Part shown: positions 21,897 through 32,231 of the stretch, piece by piece
Layout: the number at the start of each line of letters is the position of its first letter
Position numbering within the stretch: position 1 is the stretch's first letter
Position numbers and translations under genes: made by a program
Notes under the pieces: model-generated
Databases searched by the model: none
What the model was told of the DNA's origin: nothing
The model's input: the letters and a program-made list of their open reading frames with translations, nothing else
Source of the DNA: Candidatus Kapaibacterium sp.
Lineage (GTDB): Bacteria; Bacteroidota; Ignavibacteria; Kapaibacteriales; UBA2268
Direction of reading: 5' to 3'
NCBI GenBank assembly: GCA_963664875.1
Contig: OY761611.1
Span: 736,001-800,000, forward strand
DNA length: 64,000 nucleotides

Positions 21897-22502
21897 GTGA
21901 AAATGGATGATAAAGTACAAGTTGTTGTTTTAGGATTATCAGCAAGTCCGGCAAGTAATAATGCATACGCACTAATTTTAAAGGAAATTGACGGAGACCG
22001 TCGATTGCCAATCATTATTGGTGCTTTTGAGGCTCAGGCTATAGCTTTGGAAATGGAGGGTGTTGTCCCGCCACGCCCAATGACTCACGATCTGCTTAAA
22101 AAAGTTATAGAAGCATTCGGAGGTAATTTGAGCGAGGTTTATATAAATGATTTGAAAGAGGGCACTTTCTTTGCCTCTCTCAGATTTGACTTGTTAGATT
22201 TGAATATTGATGCAAGACCAAGTGATGCCATTGCTTTGGCAGTTAGGTTCAGTGCTCCAATTTTCATAAGTAGAGATATACTGGAAGAAACAGGACACTT
22301 ACCAGAAGGTACTGAGCATGACGGTGACGACAATGATGACTCTCTTGAAACTTCTGCCATGGAATTCAAATCAGAACCTCCCAAAAAAGAATCTCCTTTA
22401 GAAGCTCTAAACCGTAAACTGGAAAAGGCAATAGAAGACGAAGATTATGAAACAGCAGCAAAATATCGAGATGAAATAAAAAAACTTTTGGATAATCAAT
22501 AA
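21897..22502 (+). CDS. Bifunctional nuclease (DUF151) with C-terminal UVR domain
   Basis: LPIIIGAFEAQAIA, RPMTHDL, DARPSDAIALA; C-terminal AIEDEDYETAAKYRDEI. Confidence 0.92.
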   Translation: MKMDDKVQVVVLGLSASPASNNAYALILKEIDGDRRLPIIIGAFEAQAIALEMEGVVPPRPMTHDLLKKVIEAFGGNLSEVYINDLKEGTFFASLRFDLLDLNIDARPSDAIALAVRFSAPIFISRDILEETGHLPEGTEHDGDDNDDSLETSAMEFKSEPPKKESPLEALNRKLEKAIEDEDYETAAKYRDEIKKLLDNQ

Positions 22503-22510
22503 AATCACCT

Positions 22511-22518
22511 TATATTTG
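22511..22518 (+). promoter_or_regulatory. -7 promoter element of the tRNA pair
   Basis: TATATTTG 14 nt before the tRNA 5' end. Confidence 0.6.
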
Positions 22519-22532
22519 TACTCTCTTTTGGA

Positions 22533-22606
22533 GCCGGGGTAGCTCAGTTGGTTAGAGCATCGGAATCATAATCCGAGTGTCGGGGGTTCAAATCCCTCCC
22601 CCGGTA
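22533..22606 (+). tRNA. tRNA with CAT anticodon, most likely elongator tRNA-Met (copy 1)
   Basis: Acceptor GCCGGGG/CCCCGGT, D-arm AGCTCAGTTGGTTAGAGC, anticodon stem TCGGA/TCCGA with loop ATCATAA, T-loop GTTCAAATC; no encoded CCA. Confidence 0.93.
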
Positions 22607-22670
22607 CATAACTTAAATAAGTTGTGTACCATATCATAAAACTTGATTTTCCAAAAAAGAAATATTTGTT

Positions 22671-22744
22671 GCCGGGGTAGCTCAGTTGGTTAGAGCATCG
22701 GAATCATAATCCGAGTGTCGGGGGTTCAAATCCCTCCCCCGGTA
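22671..22744 (+). tRNA. tRNA with CAT anticodon, most likely elongator tRNA-Met (copy 2)
   Basis: Identical 74-nt copy starting 138 bp after copy 1. Confidence 0.93.
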
Positions 22745-22756
22745 CAACAAAACTGC

Positions 22757-22788
22757 AAAGCTTTACGAAATTTCGTGAAGCTTTTTTT
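22757..22788 (+). terminator. Intrinsic terminator after the tRNA pair
   Basis: AAAGCTTTACGAA/TTCGTGAAGCTTT stem plus T-tract. Confidence 0.8.
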
Positions 22789-22991
22789 ATTGCAATGGTA
22801 TTTTCAGTCAAGTTTTCACATCCTTTGATACTTGAAACACTCTTCACATAATCATTATGCAAACTCACACATCTCTATTATGCATCTCGAATCAAACTCA
22901 ATCGGATAAAACTACAGATACAGAAAATATTTTGCTAAATTGTAACTCTTAAGCAAATAGAACTTAAGAAAACATATTTAGGAGAATAATT

Positions 22992-24506
22992 GTGAAAAAA
23001 ACACTGCTTATGATATTAGATGGCTGGGGAATCGGCGATAAATCTGCATCTGATGCTATATACAATGGAAACACTCCATACTGGGATAATTTATTAAAAG
23101 AATATCCACACTCTGAACTTCTTACCTGCGGAGAAAATGTTGGCTTACCTGATGGTCAGATGGGCAATTCTGAAGTTGGCCACCTAAATATTGGTGCAGG
23201 AAGAATTATTTATCAAGATCTGGTAAAAATCAATAAGGCTATCAAAGATAAATCTTTTTTCGAAAATCCAGAACTCAAAGCTGCATTTGAATATGCTCAA
23301 GCAAATAACAAGAAAGTTCATCTTCTTGGTTTGCTCTCCGATGGTGGTGTTCACTCATCAAACGAACACTTATATGCACTTTGCGATATGGCAAACTCTC
23401 TTGATTTCAGTGAATTATATATACACGCATTAATGGATGGAAGAGATTGCGATCCAAAAAGTGGTATCGGTTTTATGCAAGATCTGCAATCACATCTCAA
23501 AAACTCTAAAGGTAAAGTGGCTACTGTTTGCGGCAGATATTATACTATGGACAGAGACAAACGCTGGGAACGAGTTAAATATGGCTATGACCTAATGGTA
23601 CTTGGTGAGGGTGATAATTTTTCTGATCCCGTCCATGCTATAGAAACTTCGTACAATAATGGTGTTACAGATGAATTTATCAAACCGGTAGTTATTACAG
23701 ATGATAAATCTCAACCGTTAGCAACTATCGATAAAGATGATGTAGTTATCTGCTTCAATTTCCGCACAGACAGGCTCCGCGAAATCACTACTGTGCTTAC
23801 GCAGCAGGATATGCCGGAATTAGGTATGCAAACATTGCCTTTATACTACGTAACTATGACAAGATACGATGATACCTTTAAAAATGTAAAAATTGCCTAT
23901 GACAAAGATAATGTTACTATGACGCTTGGTGAGGTAATTTCTAAAGCAGGTAAAAAGCAAATCAGAATTGCGGAAACAGAGAAATACGCTCATGTTACAT
24001 TCTTTTTCAGTGGCGGTAGAGAAAAAGAATTTGAAAATGAGAAACGAATCCTTATCCCTTCTCCAAAAGTGGCGACGTATGATTTGCAGCCCGAAATGAG
24101 TGCTTATCTTGTTAGAGACGCAATAGTTGAAGAATTAAATAAACAAGAGACTGACTTTGTATGTCTCAATTTTGCAAATGGCGACATGGTTGGACACACT
24201 GGTATTATGGAAGCAATCCTGAAAGCTGTAAACGCAGTTGACAACTGCTTAGAGTCAGTTGTCGAAGCCGCAAAATCAAATGGATATACTGTGATAATTA
24301 TCGCAGACCACGGGAATGCTGATAATGCTGTTAATTCCGATGGTAGCCCAAACACGGCTCATTCTTTGAATCCGGTTCCAATTGTTATTGTCGGTAAAGA
24401 TATCAAACATGTAGAAAAAGGAGTACTCGCAGATGTAGCTCCTACTATTCTTAAAATCATGGAACTGGAACAGCCATCTGCCATGACAGGTAAAGCTCTG
24501 GTTTAA
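22992..24506 (+). CDS. gpmI: 2,3-bisphosphoglycerate-independent phosphoglycerate mutase
   Basis: [41 protein letters not shown]. Confidence 0.97.
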   Translation: MKKTLLMILDGWGIGDKSASDAIYNGNTPYWDNLLKEYPHSELLTCGENVGLPDGQMGNSEVGHLNIGAGRIIYQDLVKINKAIKDKSFFENPELKAAFEYAQANNKKVHLLGLLSDGGVHSSNEHLYALCDMANSLDFSELYIHALMDGRDCDPKSGIGFMQDLQSHLKNSKGKVATVCGRYYTMDRDKRWERVKYGYDLMVLGEGDNFSDPVHAIETSYNNGVTDEFIKPVVITDDKSQPLATIDKDDVVICFNFRTDRLREITTVLTQQDMPELGMQTLPLYYVTMTRYDDTFKNVKIAYDKDNVTMTLGEVISKAGKKQIRIAETEKYAHVTFFFSGGREKEFENEKRILIPSPKVATYDLQPEMSAYLVRDAIVEELNKQETDFVCLNFANGDMVGHTGIMEAILKAVNAVDNCLESVVEAAKSNGYTVIIIADHGNADNAVNSDGSPNTAHSLNPVPIVIVGKDIKHVEKGVLADVAPTILKIMELEQPSAMTGKALV

Positions 24507-24521
24507 TATTTTTCGAATAGT

Positions 24522-24548
24522 CCAAACTTTTTTGAAAAGATAACGTAT
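24522..24548 (+). promoter_or_regulatory. Putative ECF-sigma promoter (AAC-N16-CGT)
   Basis: CCAAAC-tttttt...-CGTAT with a 16-nt spacer, upstream of ATG 24579. Confidence 0.5.
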
Positions 24549-24578
24549 AATCTAAAAAATCATATAACGTCTTTAGAT

Positions 24579-24803
24579 ATGAAAAGATTATACAATATTA
24601 GTTCGGGTCTGGCTCTTGGAATGATTTGGGTACTTGCAGTACTCTTTCTTCGAGACGGACAGGAGGAAAAAGAAATGGATGAATGGATTGTTCTGGCAAC
24701 AGGATTTTTCGGACTTTTTATGGCTATTTCGATGAGTGTTGTTTTCGAAAAACTACAAAAAGTGAAAGTAAAAAACAATCGCAATTATCTGCGACACAAA
24801 TAA
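24579..24803 (+). CDS. Small two-TM membrane protein
   Basis: 74 aa, two hydrophobic segments, basic tail; has its own candidate promoter and terminator. Confidence 0.6.
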   Translation: MKRLYNISSGLALGMIWVLAVLFLRDGQEEKEMDEWIVLATGFFGLFMAISMSVVFEKLQKVKVKNNRNYLRHK

Positions 24804-24814
24804 AATCATTTTTT

Positions 24815-24847
24815 AAGGAGCGTGAATTATACACGCTCCTTTTTTTT
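24815..24847 (+). terminator. Intrinsic terminator
   Basis: AAGGAGCGTG/CACGCTCCTT stem plus T-tract. Confidence 0.85.
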
Positions 24848-24884
24848 GTGTTTTCTTTTCAAATATTCTGAATACTTCGCTGAA

Positions 24885-26144
24885 CTACCTCTGCAAGGCA
24901 GCTACTCTATCGTGTTCTGCAATCAATAATTCTTTTTCAAGTTCAGTAAGAGTTTTTCCTCTTCTTGACATCACCTTTTCAGCGGTTGTGATAGCTTTAG
25001 ATGCTTTATATATAGGTGAGCCATGCTTACCACCCCATGAGAATGATGGAATAAAATTAGGCATAAACCACTCTTTGACTATGATACTACATACACCGCA
25101 AACCGTACCGGTGGTAAACATTGAATTAATGCCCGTTTTAGTATGATCACCGCAAAGAAGTCCCATAAACATTGTGCCTGTTTCTATTTCTTTATCGTCT
25201 ATCCTTAGTTTAATATTGTCGTAGGTATTCTTCAAATCAGAATTATTTGTATCTGCTCCAAAATTGACCCATTCGCCAATAAACGAATGCCCTAAAAAAC
25301 CTTCATGCTGTTTATTTGAGAAACTTTGAAAGATGCTGCATTCTATCTCCCCACCTACTTTGCAATATTCACCAATACTTGTTTCCTGGTAGATTTTAGC
25401 AGCAATTTTAATTGTTGTGTTTTTTCCTATATACGCAGGACCAACTATTACGGAGTTAGGCATGATTTTGACATTGTCATCAATGATGATAACACCTTCG
25501 TCTGCATCAAGCACAACACCGGGAGCGATTTTTACATTAGTACCGATTGCAATTTGTTCGGCATTAACAAAGTGAACTCCTTTAAAATCATCTTCTGAAG
25601 TATTCCCTAAAGAAAAATATTCAGAATCATCTCTTATAGCTTTTGCATTATGAGGAATTGTATCGTGCAAATAGTTTAAGACTTTTAGATTTGGCAGTTC
25701 CATTTTCTCGAAACCGGAAAACAAATCAATTTTTAAGTCGGAGAGCAATTCTCTTCGTTTTAGCTCTTCTTTCTTTATTATCTCCCCTTTTGGAATAAAA
25801 GCAGCATAAGGATAATTATCCTTTGTAAAAATATAGGGTACTTTGCTTTTGGCTACTTCCATAATAGCATCCCGAAAATACTTATCCGGCAAAACACAAG
25901 CATTTACAGCCAAAACATTCTCATCTTCAATACCGGTATCTTCAATTTCAAACCGCTGAAGAAAAGACTTTAGATGCTTCTCTCTGCCTTTAAAAGAGAA
26001 TTTGCAATTTTCAAACAATCTCTCATATTTTTCAAATATTCTAAATGCTCCACAACGCAGTTCCCAAATAGGATGCATCACGTTGAACGGATAAAAATTT
26101 TCTACATTCTCGGGTTCGAATAATAGAACTTTATCTATTTTCAT
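24885..26144 (-). CDS. GlmU-like sugar nucleotidyltransferase/acetyltransferase (alternative bacterial GlmU family)
   Basis: FYPF...ELRCG N-terminus; hexapeptide repeats; NKQHEGFLGHS, GEWVNFGADTNNSDLKN. Confidence 0.85.
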   Translation of the reverse strand: MKIDKVLLFEPENVENFYPFNVMHPIWELRCGAFRIFEKYERLFENCKFSFKGREKHLKSFLQRFEIEDTGIEDENVLAVNACVLPDKYFRDAIMEVAKSKVPYIFTKDNYPYAAFIPKGEIIKKEELKRRELLSDLKIDLFSGFEKMELPNLKVLNYLHDTIPHNAKAIRDDSEYFSLGNTSEDDFKGVHFVNAEQIAIGTNVKIAPGVVLDADEGVIIIDDNVKIMPNSVIVGPAYIGKNTTIKIAAKIYQETSIGEYCKVGGEIECSIFQSFSNKQHEGFLGHSFIGEWVNFGADTNNSDLKNTYDNIKLRIDDKEIETGTMFMGLLCGDHTKTGINSMFTTGTVCGVCSIIVKEWFMPNFIPSFSWGGKHGSPIYKASKAITTAEKVMSRRGKTLTELEKELLIAEHDRVAALQR

Positions 26145-26146
26145 TT

Positions 26147-26584
26147 CTATTTTTTCCTGATATTTACTAACTCAACTTCAAAATAAAGCGTTGAATTTGG
26201 CGGTATGCTACCTGTTTTTCTGGCACCATAACCTAAATGTGGCGGTATTATCAGCTGTCGTTTGCCACCTTTTCTCATTGTAGATAATCCCTCATCCCAT
26301 CCTTTGATTACAACACCTTCGCCTATAGGAAAAGATAATGGTTCACCTCTGTCTAGCGAACTGTCAAATTTAGAGCCGTCCGGAAGTGTACCTGTATAAT
26401 GCACAGATACAATATCGCCCGTTTGAGGAAAATCTCCGGTTCCCAATTCTCTGTCGATATATTTGAGTCCCGAATTTAATTCTTTGAGCACACCAACTTC
26501 TTCTTTTATTTCTTGTTTTGTACCGGCACAAGAGCTGAGGAAAACAATAAAAGCTGTAAACATAAGCAGTAATGTAGTTCTCAT
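26147..26584 (-). CDS. FKBP-type peptidyl-prolyl isomerase lipoprotein
   Basis: LSSC lipobox; [36 protein letters not shown]. Confidence 0.95.
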   Translation of the reverse strand: MRTTLLLMFTAFIVFLSSCAGTKQEIKEEVGVLKELNSGLKYIDRELGTGDFPQTGDIVSVHYTGTLPDGSKFDSSLDRGEPLSFPIGEGVVIKGWDEGLSTMRKGGKRQLIIPPHLGYGARKTGSIPPNSTLYFEVELVNIRKK

Positions 26585-26818
26585 AATTTTTCCTATAAAA
26601 TACTTAATAAATCTATTCCTTTGATATCAATCGAGATATTGCCATATTTTATATTGAGCAAAGTCGTTCCAAAAACTACAGGCAATCTCTGTCACATAAT
26701 TTATAACATCTGATTCTTATCTCAAAATAATTTGTCTGACTTATCAATACTAAAAAGAAAAAGCGACTAAAAAACTTTTTGTTTTAGCCGCTCATTCTAA
26801 AAATTTTAGAATAAATAC

Positions 26819-28708
26819 TTAGTCTATCACTACTTGTGTAGCAACAAAAGACGAATTATTTGATATTTTGATAAAATATACTCCTTTAGCCAAATCCAAA
26901 TTAAGGTCAATGCTGTTATTTCCGGCTGATAGGTTTTCTGATAGCGAAAACTGCTTTTTACCGTCTAAGGAATAAATACTTATTTCATAGCTGTCTGCGT
27001 TAGCAGCCTCTATCTCTATAGTTGCACGATTGACCATTGGCATTGGAGAAATAGATTTCAATCTGATATTAGAATTGATAGTCCCGAAATTGGTAGTAAC
27101 GCCTGTATTCCCAAGTGGCTCTTTTGCAAACATTACATTTACATTTCCATCATTGCTTCTACCGTCTCCCCATATTGGAATAAAGTTATCTTTAGTCAAT
27201 ATAATCTGATTGTATTCACCTATACCAAATCCGTTATTGTCACCACCAATATTGTTAAAATTGCTCGGTATGTTTGTAATCGGCTTGTTTTCAGAAAATG
27301 ATTTGCCCCCATCAGTCGAAATCGTATAATAGTAATGTGCCGAGATATTATTAGCATCTTCTCTCCTGTCGTACCATGCAATCGCATAAACACCGTTGCT
27401 GTTCACCATGTGAGCTGAGTAAAACTGATCAGTATTCATGTTACTTGTATTGTCATTAAGAATAATAGGATCTGCCCAAGTATTACCTCCATCTGTAGAT
27501 TTAGTAAAATATACGTCAAGACCTGTTTTCGTGTCAGAATTTACACCTTTGGCAGTCCAAGTCGCATAAACATATCCATCAAATTCTCCACCGGATTTAT
27601 CGACTGTAATATTTGGAGCCGGGTAAAGTCTTGATAAGCCGGTAGGCTTAGCAATGCCATTTTCTTCGTCTTCAGCTAATTGCACAGGATCTGTACCGTA
27701 AAAATTGGATATCTTTGTTACTTTTGCAATCGACTTACCACCATCTTTTGAGACAGCGTGGTACATTGCAGCATCGCCTGATACTGAACCGTAGAACATG
27801 ATGTGAATCCAACCTTTGTTGTCAACATCGAGACTTCCAAATTGGACAATATCCATGCCAACAGGTGAGATTCTAATCGGTTCGTAGTTGAAATTGCTAT
27901 TTCCTGCTTCTTTAGTAAAAAGCTGCATCATGTAGCCATCTTCCTGAGTAATAGCAACAAGAGATGCATAAACATTATTGCGATATTGAGAACTGCTCAT
28001 ATCTGCAGCTAACCATTGTTTATCGTGAAATTCAGACAAATTGGGTTGTCCGTTATTGAAAGGTACAGCACCAAGAGCATTCCCGATAATTGGATGTTCT
28101 TCACTTTGGAAAGTAACTCCACCATCTGTAGAGTAAGCCCAGAATACACCCCATTTCAGAGAATCTATAGACATTCCCTGAACATTTGCATATAAGTAAA
28201 TCCATGAAAAATACAATGTACCCTCTGCATCGAAAGTAAACATCGGATCACCACCACCCATAGGTATCCCGTTATCTCCTAATGTAAATGTCTCGAAGCT
28301 GCTTTCACTCCAAGATTGTCCGCCATCCTTAGTATAAAAAACAGGGCAGCTCAATGATTTCATCATGTTGTTAGGATTTTGCCTAATTGGACTTACTACT
28401 ATGTTATTATCGTTTTGGGGGTTTACAGCAGCGTGAAGCTCCGATTCCGGATAAGATTTCTGAGAAATATAACCTGATTCGAGGCTTAGCATTTGCTCGG
28501 AATACTTATCTACTTTTTTGTTCAGGTATTGCTTTGCATACTCCTTGCTTTGAAGAAAATTTTCAATTTGGGAAGGAGTGAGTCTCATCTTTTCTTTTTT
28601 ATGAAAGTCATTAAGGGCTTTCTTTGCGTCAGTTTCGTTATTAGCTAAGACCGGCAAAGCCAAAGCTAATGAAAAAGCGAAAACAACGATAAGTCTGATT
28701 TGTTTCAT
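26819..28708 (-). CDS. T9SS-secreted BNR/Asp-box (sialidase-like) beta-propeller
   Basis: Signal peptide; five Asp-boxes (TKDGGQSW, STDGGVTF, SKDGGKS, STDGGNTW, STDGGKSF); C-terminal domain (IYSLDGK...LAKGVYFIKI). Confidence 0.85.
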   Translation of the reverse strand: MKQIRLIVVFAFSLALALPVLANNETDAKKALNDFHKKEKMRLTPSQIENFLQSKEYAKQYLNKKVDKYSEQMLSLESGYISQKSYPESELHAAVNPQNDNNIVVSPIRQNPNNMMKSLSCPVFYTKDGGQSWSESSFETFTLGDNGIPMGGGDPMFTFDAEGTLYFSWIYLYANVQGMSIDSLKWGVFWAYSTDGGVTFQSEEHPIIGNALGAVPFNNGQPNLSEFHDKQWLAADMSSSQYRNNVYASLVAITQEDGYMMQLFTKEAGNSNFNYEPIRISPVGMDIVQFGSLDVDNKGWIHIMFYGSVSGDAAMYHAVSKDGGKSIAKVTKISNFYGTDPVQLAEDEENGIAKPTGLSRLYPAPNITVDKSGGEFDGYVYATWTAKGVNSDTKTGLDVYFTKSTDGGNTWADPIILNDNTSNMNTDQFYSAHMVNSNGVYAIAWYDRREDANNISAHYYYTISTDGGKSFSENKPITNIPSNFNNIGGDNNGFGIGEYNQIILTKDNFIPIWGDGRSNDGNVNVMFAKEPLGNTGVTTNFGTINSNIRLKSISPMPMVNRATIEIEAANADSYEISIYSLDGKKQFSLSENLSAGNNSIDLNLDLAKGVYFIKISNNSSFVATQVVID

Positions 28709-28880
28709 TTCTGATTCCTTTATATTATACTGGTGTAAACGTCTTTATTGGGTAAGTAATCTAAATGTAAAAAAAGTTGCATCCTGAAACGAATGGCACG
28801 ATATTAGATTTACTTTCTCTATATACTCATTTCTTTGACTTGAGTTACAGGATGATTGTAAATTCAGAGTAAATACTTAA

Positions 28881-29582
28881 ATGGCTTTTAAATCTAAAAA
28901 AACAGATATTTGGTGGATAATTGGTTTAACTATTATAACCATTGTGGCTTGGCAATTTAATGAAACCAGAAGCATCTTGCTTCCTTTTACCGTTTTAGGC
29001 ACTTGGTTTCACGAAATGGCACATGGTATTATGGCTTTTGCCTTAGGGGCAAATTTTCATAGTTTAGAGCTTTTTCCCGATGGTTCCGGGATAGCAAGTT
29101 ATAGCGGTAGTTTGTATTTCGGGAATATAGGCAAAGCTCTGGTTGCAGCAGCTGGTCCATTCGGCCCTACTATAGCAGCGAGTATTTTCCTGATTGGCTC
29201 TAAACATAAAGATGTAACAAAAGTAATATTACTGGTCATGAGTGCAATAATGTTTATATCTGCGATTATTTGGCTTAGGTCAGCCTATGGCATAATAATC
29301 ATTTTAGCATTTTCAGCAATTTTTACATTTATAGCACTCAAAGCGAAAGAAAAAATACAAAAATTTAGTTTACAGTTTCTGGCAGTTCAATCAGCTGCAA
29401 GTGTTTATCTAAGTGTCTCTTATCTATTCTCGGAATTTGCTGAAATGGAAGTTGGGCAATACGCTTCAGATACGGCAATCATAGCAGAAAATTTATTTTT
29501 GCCTCATTGGGTTTGGGCATTTCTAATTTTACTGTTCTCAGTAGTGCTAATAGGAGAAAGTTTGAAATATCTTTCTAAATAG
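28881..29582 (+). CDS. M50B-like intramembrane metallopeptidase
   Basis: HEMAH zinc motif, AAAGPFGP, SD motif near the C-terminus, multiple TMs. Confidence 0.88.
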   Translation: MAFKSKKTDIWWIIGLTIITIVAWQFNETRSILLPFTVLGTWFHEMAHGIMAFALGANFHSLELFPDGSGIASYSGSLYFGNIGKALVAAAGPFGPTIAASIFLIGSKHKDVTKVILLVMSAIMFISAIIWLRSAYGIIIILAFSAIFTFIALKAKEKIQKFSLQFLAVQSAASVYLSVSYLFSEFAEMEVGQYASDTAIIAENLFLPHWVWAFLILLFSVVLIGESLKYLSK

Positions 29583-29627
29583 TTCCCTATCTAAATATTT
29601 AATGTTATCAAATAGCTTATAAACCAG

Positions 29628-30842
29628 CTATTTGATAATTATTTTTAGAATTGAGAAGTCATCGTCAAGTTGAGGGCTACCGTTTACTTCGATTTGGTGC
29701 TTATATAATTCGTGAAGCTCATCTTTTCCCTGAATTGAAACATTTTCCAAAAATCTATGCAATGCTTCTACATTCCAAGGAACGGTATTGGATTTGAATA
29801 TTTCATAAGTTCCATCTGAAAAGATGTACAATTTAGCTTCTCTGCTAACTTTTTCTTCTTCTTCTACATAACCCATTATAGCTTCAGCACCAATTACATA
29901 ATTCCTTGTGAAAAGACTTTTAGGTTCCCCGTATTTATTTATCAGCAAAGCAGGTGGATGACCCGCTGAAGCATATTTGAGTATTTCTGTTTCTTTGTTG
30001 TAAACTCCGTACCACATAGTAAAATATATGTTATTATGACTTTTCATCTGGTATATTTGATTCAAATTACTAATAACATTTTTTGGACTTTTAAAATCTG
30101 TGTTGGGCAAAATTCTGCTTCTTAGATTGTTTAATACCGAAACAGAATGGAGCGCCGGACCTACTCCGTGCCCGCAAACATCAAGTAAATACATTGCGAG
30201 ATGATTTTCATCTAACCAGTGAAAACCAAAAGAGTCGCCACCAAGTGTGGCTGCCGGGATAAACATCCAGTCTGCTTTTATAAATTCGTCATCAGTTTTC
30301 TGTGGCAACAGTGATTGGATATAGTCGGCAGCTATTCCAAGATCTGCCTCTAAAGTCTCAAGTAAAGCTTGTTTTTCTTCATTGATGACTGATAATTGTA
30401 GATTGAGCTCAGACATTTCTTTAGCATGTTCCAGACTTGCGTCTCTGCTTCTTTTTAGTTCCACGTGGGTTTTGACACGAACCAAAAGCTCTTCACGATT
30501 GAATGGTTTGGTAATGTAATCCACACCACCACATTTGAACGCCTCGACTATATCATCGGTTTCAGCTTTGGCAGTGATAAAAATTACCGGGATGTCTTTT
30601 GTTTCAATATTGGCTTTTAATTTCTTGCAAACTTCATAACCATCCATCTCCGGCATCATTATATCTAATAAAATCAAATCCGGTTTATCGGTCTTGAGAA
30701 GCTCCAAAGCTTCAAATCCGTTAGATACCAAAGAAATTTCGTAGTCATTTTCGAGTAAGATATTCCCAATAACTTTAAGATTTTTCAGAACATCATCCAC
30801 TACTAATACGTATGGTTTTATGATAGTTTGTGTCGAACTCAT
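29628..30842 (-). CDS. Response regulator with SpoIIE/RsbU-type PP2C phosphatase domain
   Basis: REC (VVDD, LDIMMP, TKPF); GGDSF, DVCGHG, SAGHPP, FSDG, DDFS. Start moved to ATG 30842. Confidence 0.92.
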   Translation of the reverse strand: MSSTQTIIKPYVLVVDDVLKNLKVIGNILLENDYEISLVSNGFEALELLKTDKPDLILLDIMMPEMDGYEVCKKLKANIETKDIPVIFITAKAETDDIVEAFKCGGVDYITKPFNREELLVRVKTHVELKRSRDASLEHAKEMSELNLQLSVINEEKQALLETLEADLGIAADYIQSLLPQKTDDEFIKADWMFIPAATLGGDSFGFHWLDENHLAMYLLDVCGHGVGPALHSVSVLNNLRSRILPNTDFKSPKNVISNLNQIYQMKSHNNIYFTMWYGVYNKETEILKYASAGHPPALLINKYGEPKSLFTRNYVIGAEAIMGYVEEEEKVSREAKLYIFSDGTYEIFKSNTVPWNVEALHRFLENVSIQGKDELHELYKHQIEVNGSPQLDDDFSILKIIIK

Positions 30843-30949
30843 ATTTTGCTGTCTGCAAGAAGATAAAAAAGTAAAATATTCGACAAAAATACTAATATTT
30901 TCCTTATATTTTGCAGAGTATTTAGAATCTATATTATAGGAATCATCAA

Positions 30950-31996
30950 ATGGAATTGAGATTTGCGACACTAACGGCTCTTTTTTTAATCTGTTTTAGT
31001 AGCTTACAAGCCCAAAAATTTAAACGCACCGCAGAAGAGGAAGAATTGGATAAAACCGGATTAAATATTATGTTTTTTTACGAAGCACACTCTTATTCTT
31101 CTTATTTCGACTCCGATGGTAATAAAATCGGTAATATTGATATTGATATCGAAAAAATACGCGAGCAGGTTGAAACTGATACAATAACAGTACTTAACCC
31201 TGCAAACTGGACTTTTGACATCAACAAGAAAAAATATGGATTGCATGCCGAATACTTTTTTGATAAAGATAACATGATTTATGTAACTATGCCATTCGAG
31301 ACGAATACTCTCAATCAACAAATCACTTACAAAATTGCTTTAAAGCAAAATGTGAACTATCAGGATATTGTAAAAAATAAATACGCTGAGCAATCAAAGA
31401 GTTTCTTGTCCTATATTGCTATGGGTGGAGAATATTTTACATATAAAAAAGATTTTTTCAATTCTGTGCTGGGCGAGATTAGAATTCCGGGTGGATCTCA
31501 GGGTAATATCCCTGCATCAGAAGTTACTACAAGCACTGTACAGGGAAGCACTGGTCAGGATTCAATAATTCTAAACACACCTCTCCCGGGGCAAAACAAA
31601 GAATTTTTAAGTGATGGTGCATTCGAGCTACACTTAGGAACTTCTACGGGTTATAATTTCCGAAAAGCTAAAATTCAGACTACTTTCAAATACCTATTAA
31701 GAGGTGAAGAGCTCTCTGACCAGATATACAATGCTACATCCTTGTATATCCGCACAATGCAGGAAGCTTTTATCAAATTGGGCATGAATTACTACCATAG
31801 CTTAGATGATGCCCCTGCAGGCTATTACTTCGATTATACCAAAACACCTATTTACGACCGAACCCTAAATTTTGATATGGGCTTTCAAGTCTATATCAAA
31901 AAGCTAATTATAGATTTAAATATGCAAATACCTGTTTGGGGTAAAAATTCTGCCTCCAATAGTGTATTTACAATGAAATTAGGATGGCACATATAA
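30950..31996 (+). CDS. Putative outer-membrane beta-barrel protein
   Basis: Signal peptide; amphipathic strands; IPVWGKN; terminal strand FTMKLGWHI. Confidence 0.6.
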   Translation: MELRFATLTALFLICFSSLQAQKFKRTAEEEELDKTGLNIMFFYEAHSYSSYFDSDGNKIGNIDIDIEKIREQVETDTITVLNPANWTFDINKKKYGLHAEYFFDKDNMIYVTMPFETNTLNQQITYKIALKQNVNYQDIVKNKYAEQSKSFLSYIAMGGEYFTYKKDFFNSVLGEIRIPGGSQGNIPASEVTTSTVQGSTGQDSIILNTPLPGQNKEFLSDGAFELHLGTSTGYNFRKAKIQTTFKYLLRGEELSDQIYNATSLYIRTMQEAFIKLGMNYYHSLDDAPAGYYFDYTKTPIYDRTLNFDMGFQVYIKKLIIDLNMQIPVWGKNSASNSVFTMKLGWHI

Positions 31997-32080
31997 TCTA
32001 TTTTATTAAGAAAGTCTGTTTTTTTCAATTAAATTGCAGCTCAAAGCTGCAATTTTATTTTGTATTTACAATTTATATAT

Positions 32081-32088
32081 TATCTTTG
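32081..32088 (+). promoter_or_regulatory. -7 promoter element of rlpA (long leader)
   Basis: TATCTTTG about 143 nt upstream of ATG 32232. Confidence 0.5.
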
Positions 32089-32231
32089 CCGTCCGATAAT
32101 TACTTAGCATGTTCAAATAGCGGTAAATAAATGATAGATAATTACTTATGTTTATTAATTGGTCAATGTTTTTTCGGGTAAAAAAGCAAACTGGCTGACT
32201 GTTATGTTTCACATTATGAGGATACCCTCGC

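Noticed and set aside
12518-22502. recG, uvrA and the DUF151-UVR gene as a DNA-repair or defence island
   Set aside because: They are interleaved with unrelated genes, have separate promoters, and share no operator I could see.
22607-22990. tRNA duplication as attL/attR of an integrated element
   Set aside because: Both copies are full length, only 64 bp apart, with no integrase or cargo between or beside them.
26819-28708. Calling the Asp-box protein a true sialidase
   Set aside because: Asp-boxes alone do not define activity, and no (F/Y)RIP motif is evident.
32150-32231. Cyclic dinucleotide riboswitch in the rlpA leader
   Set aside because: Only a GCAAAC fragment is present; the remaining conserved elements are not visible.
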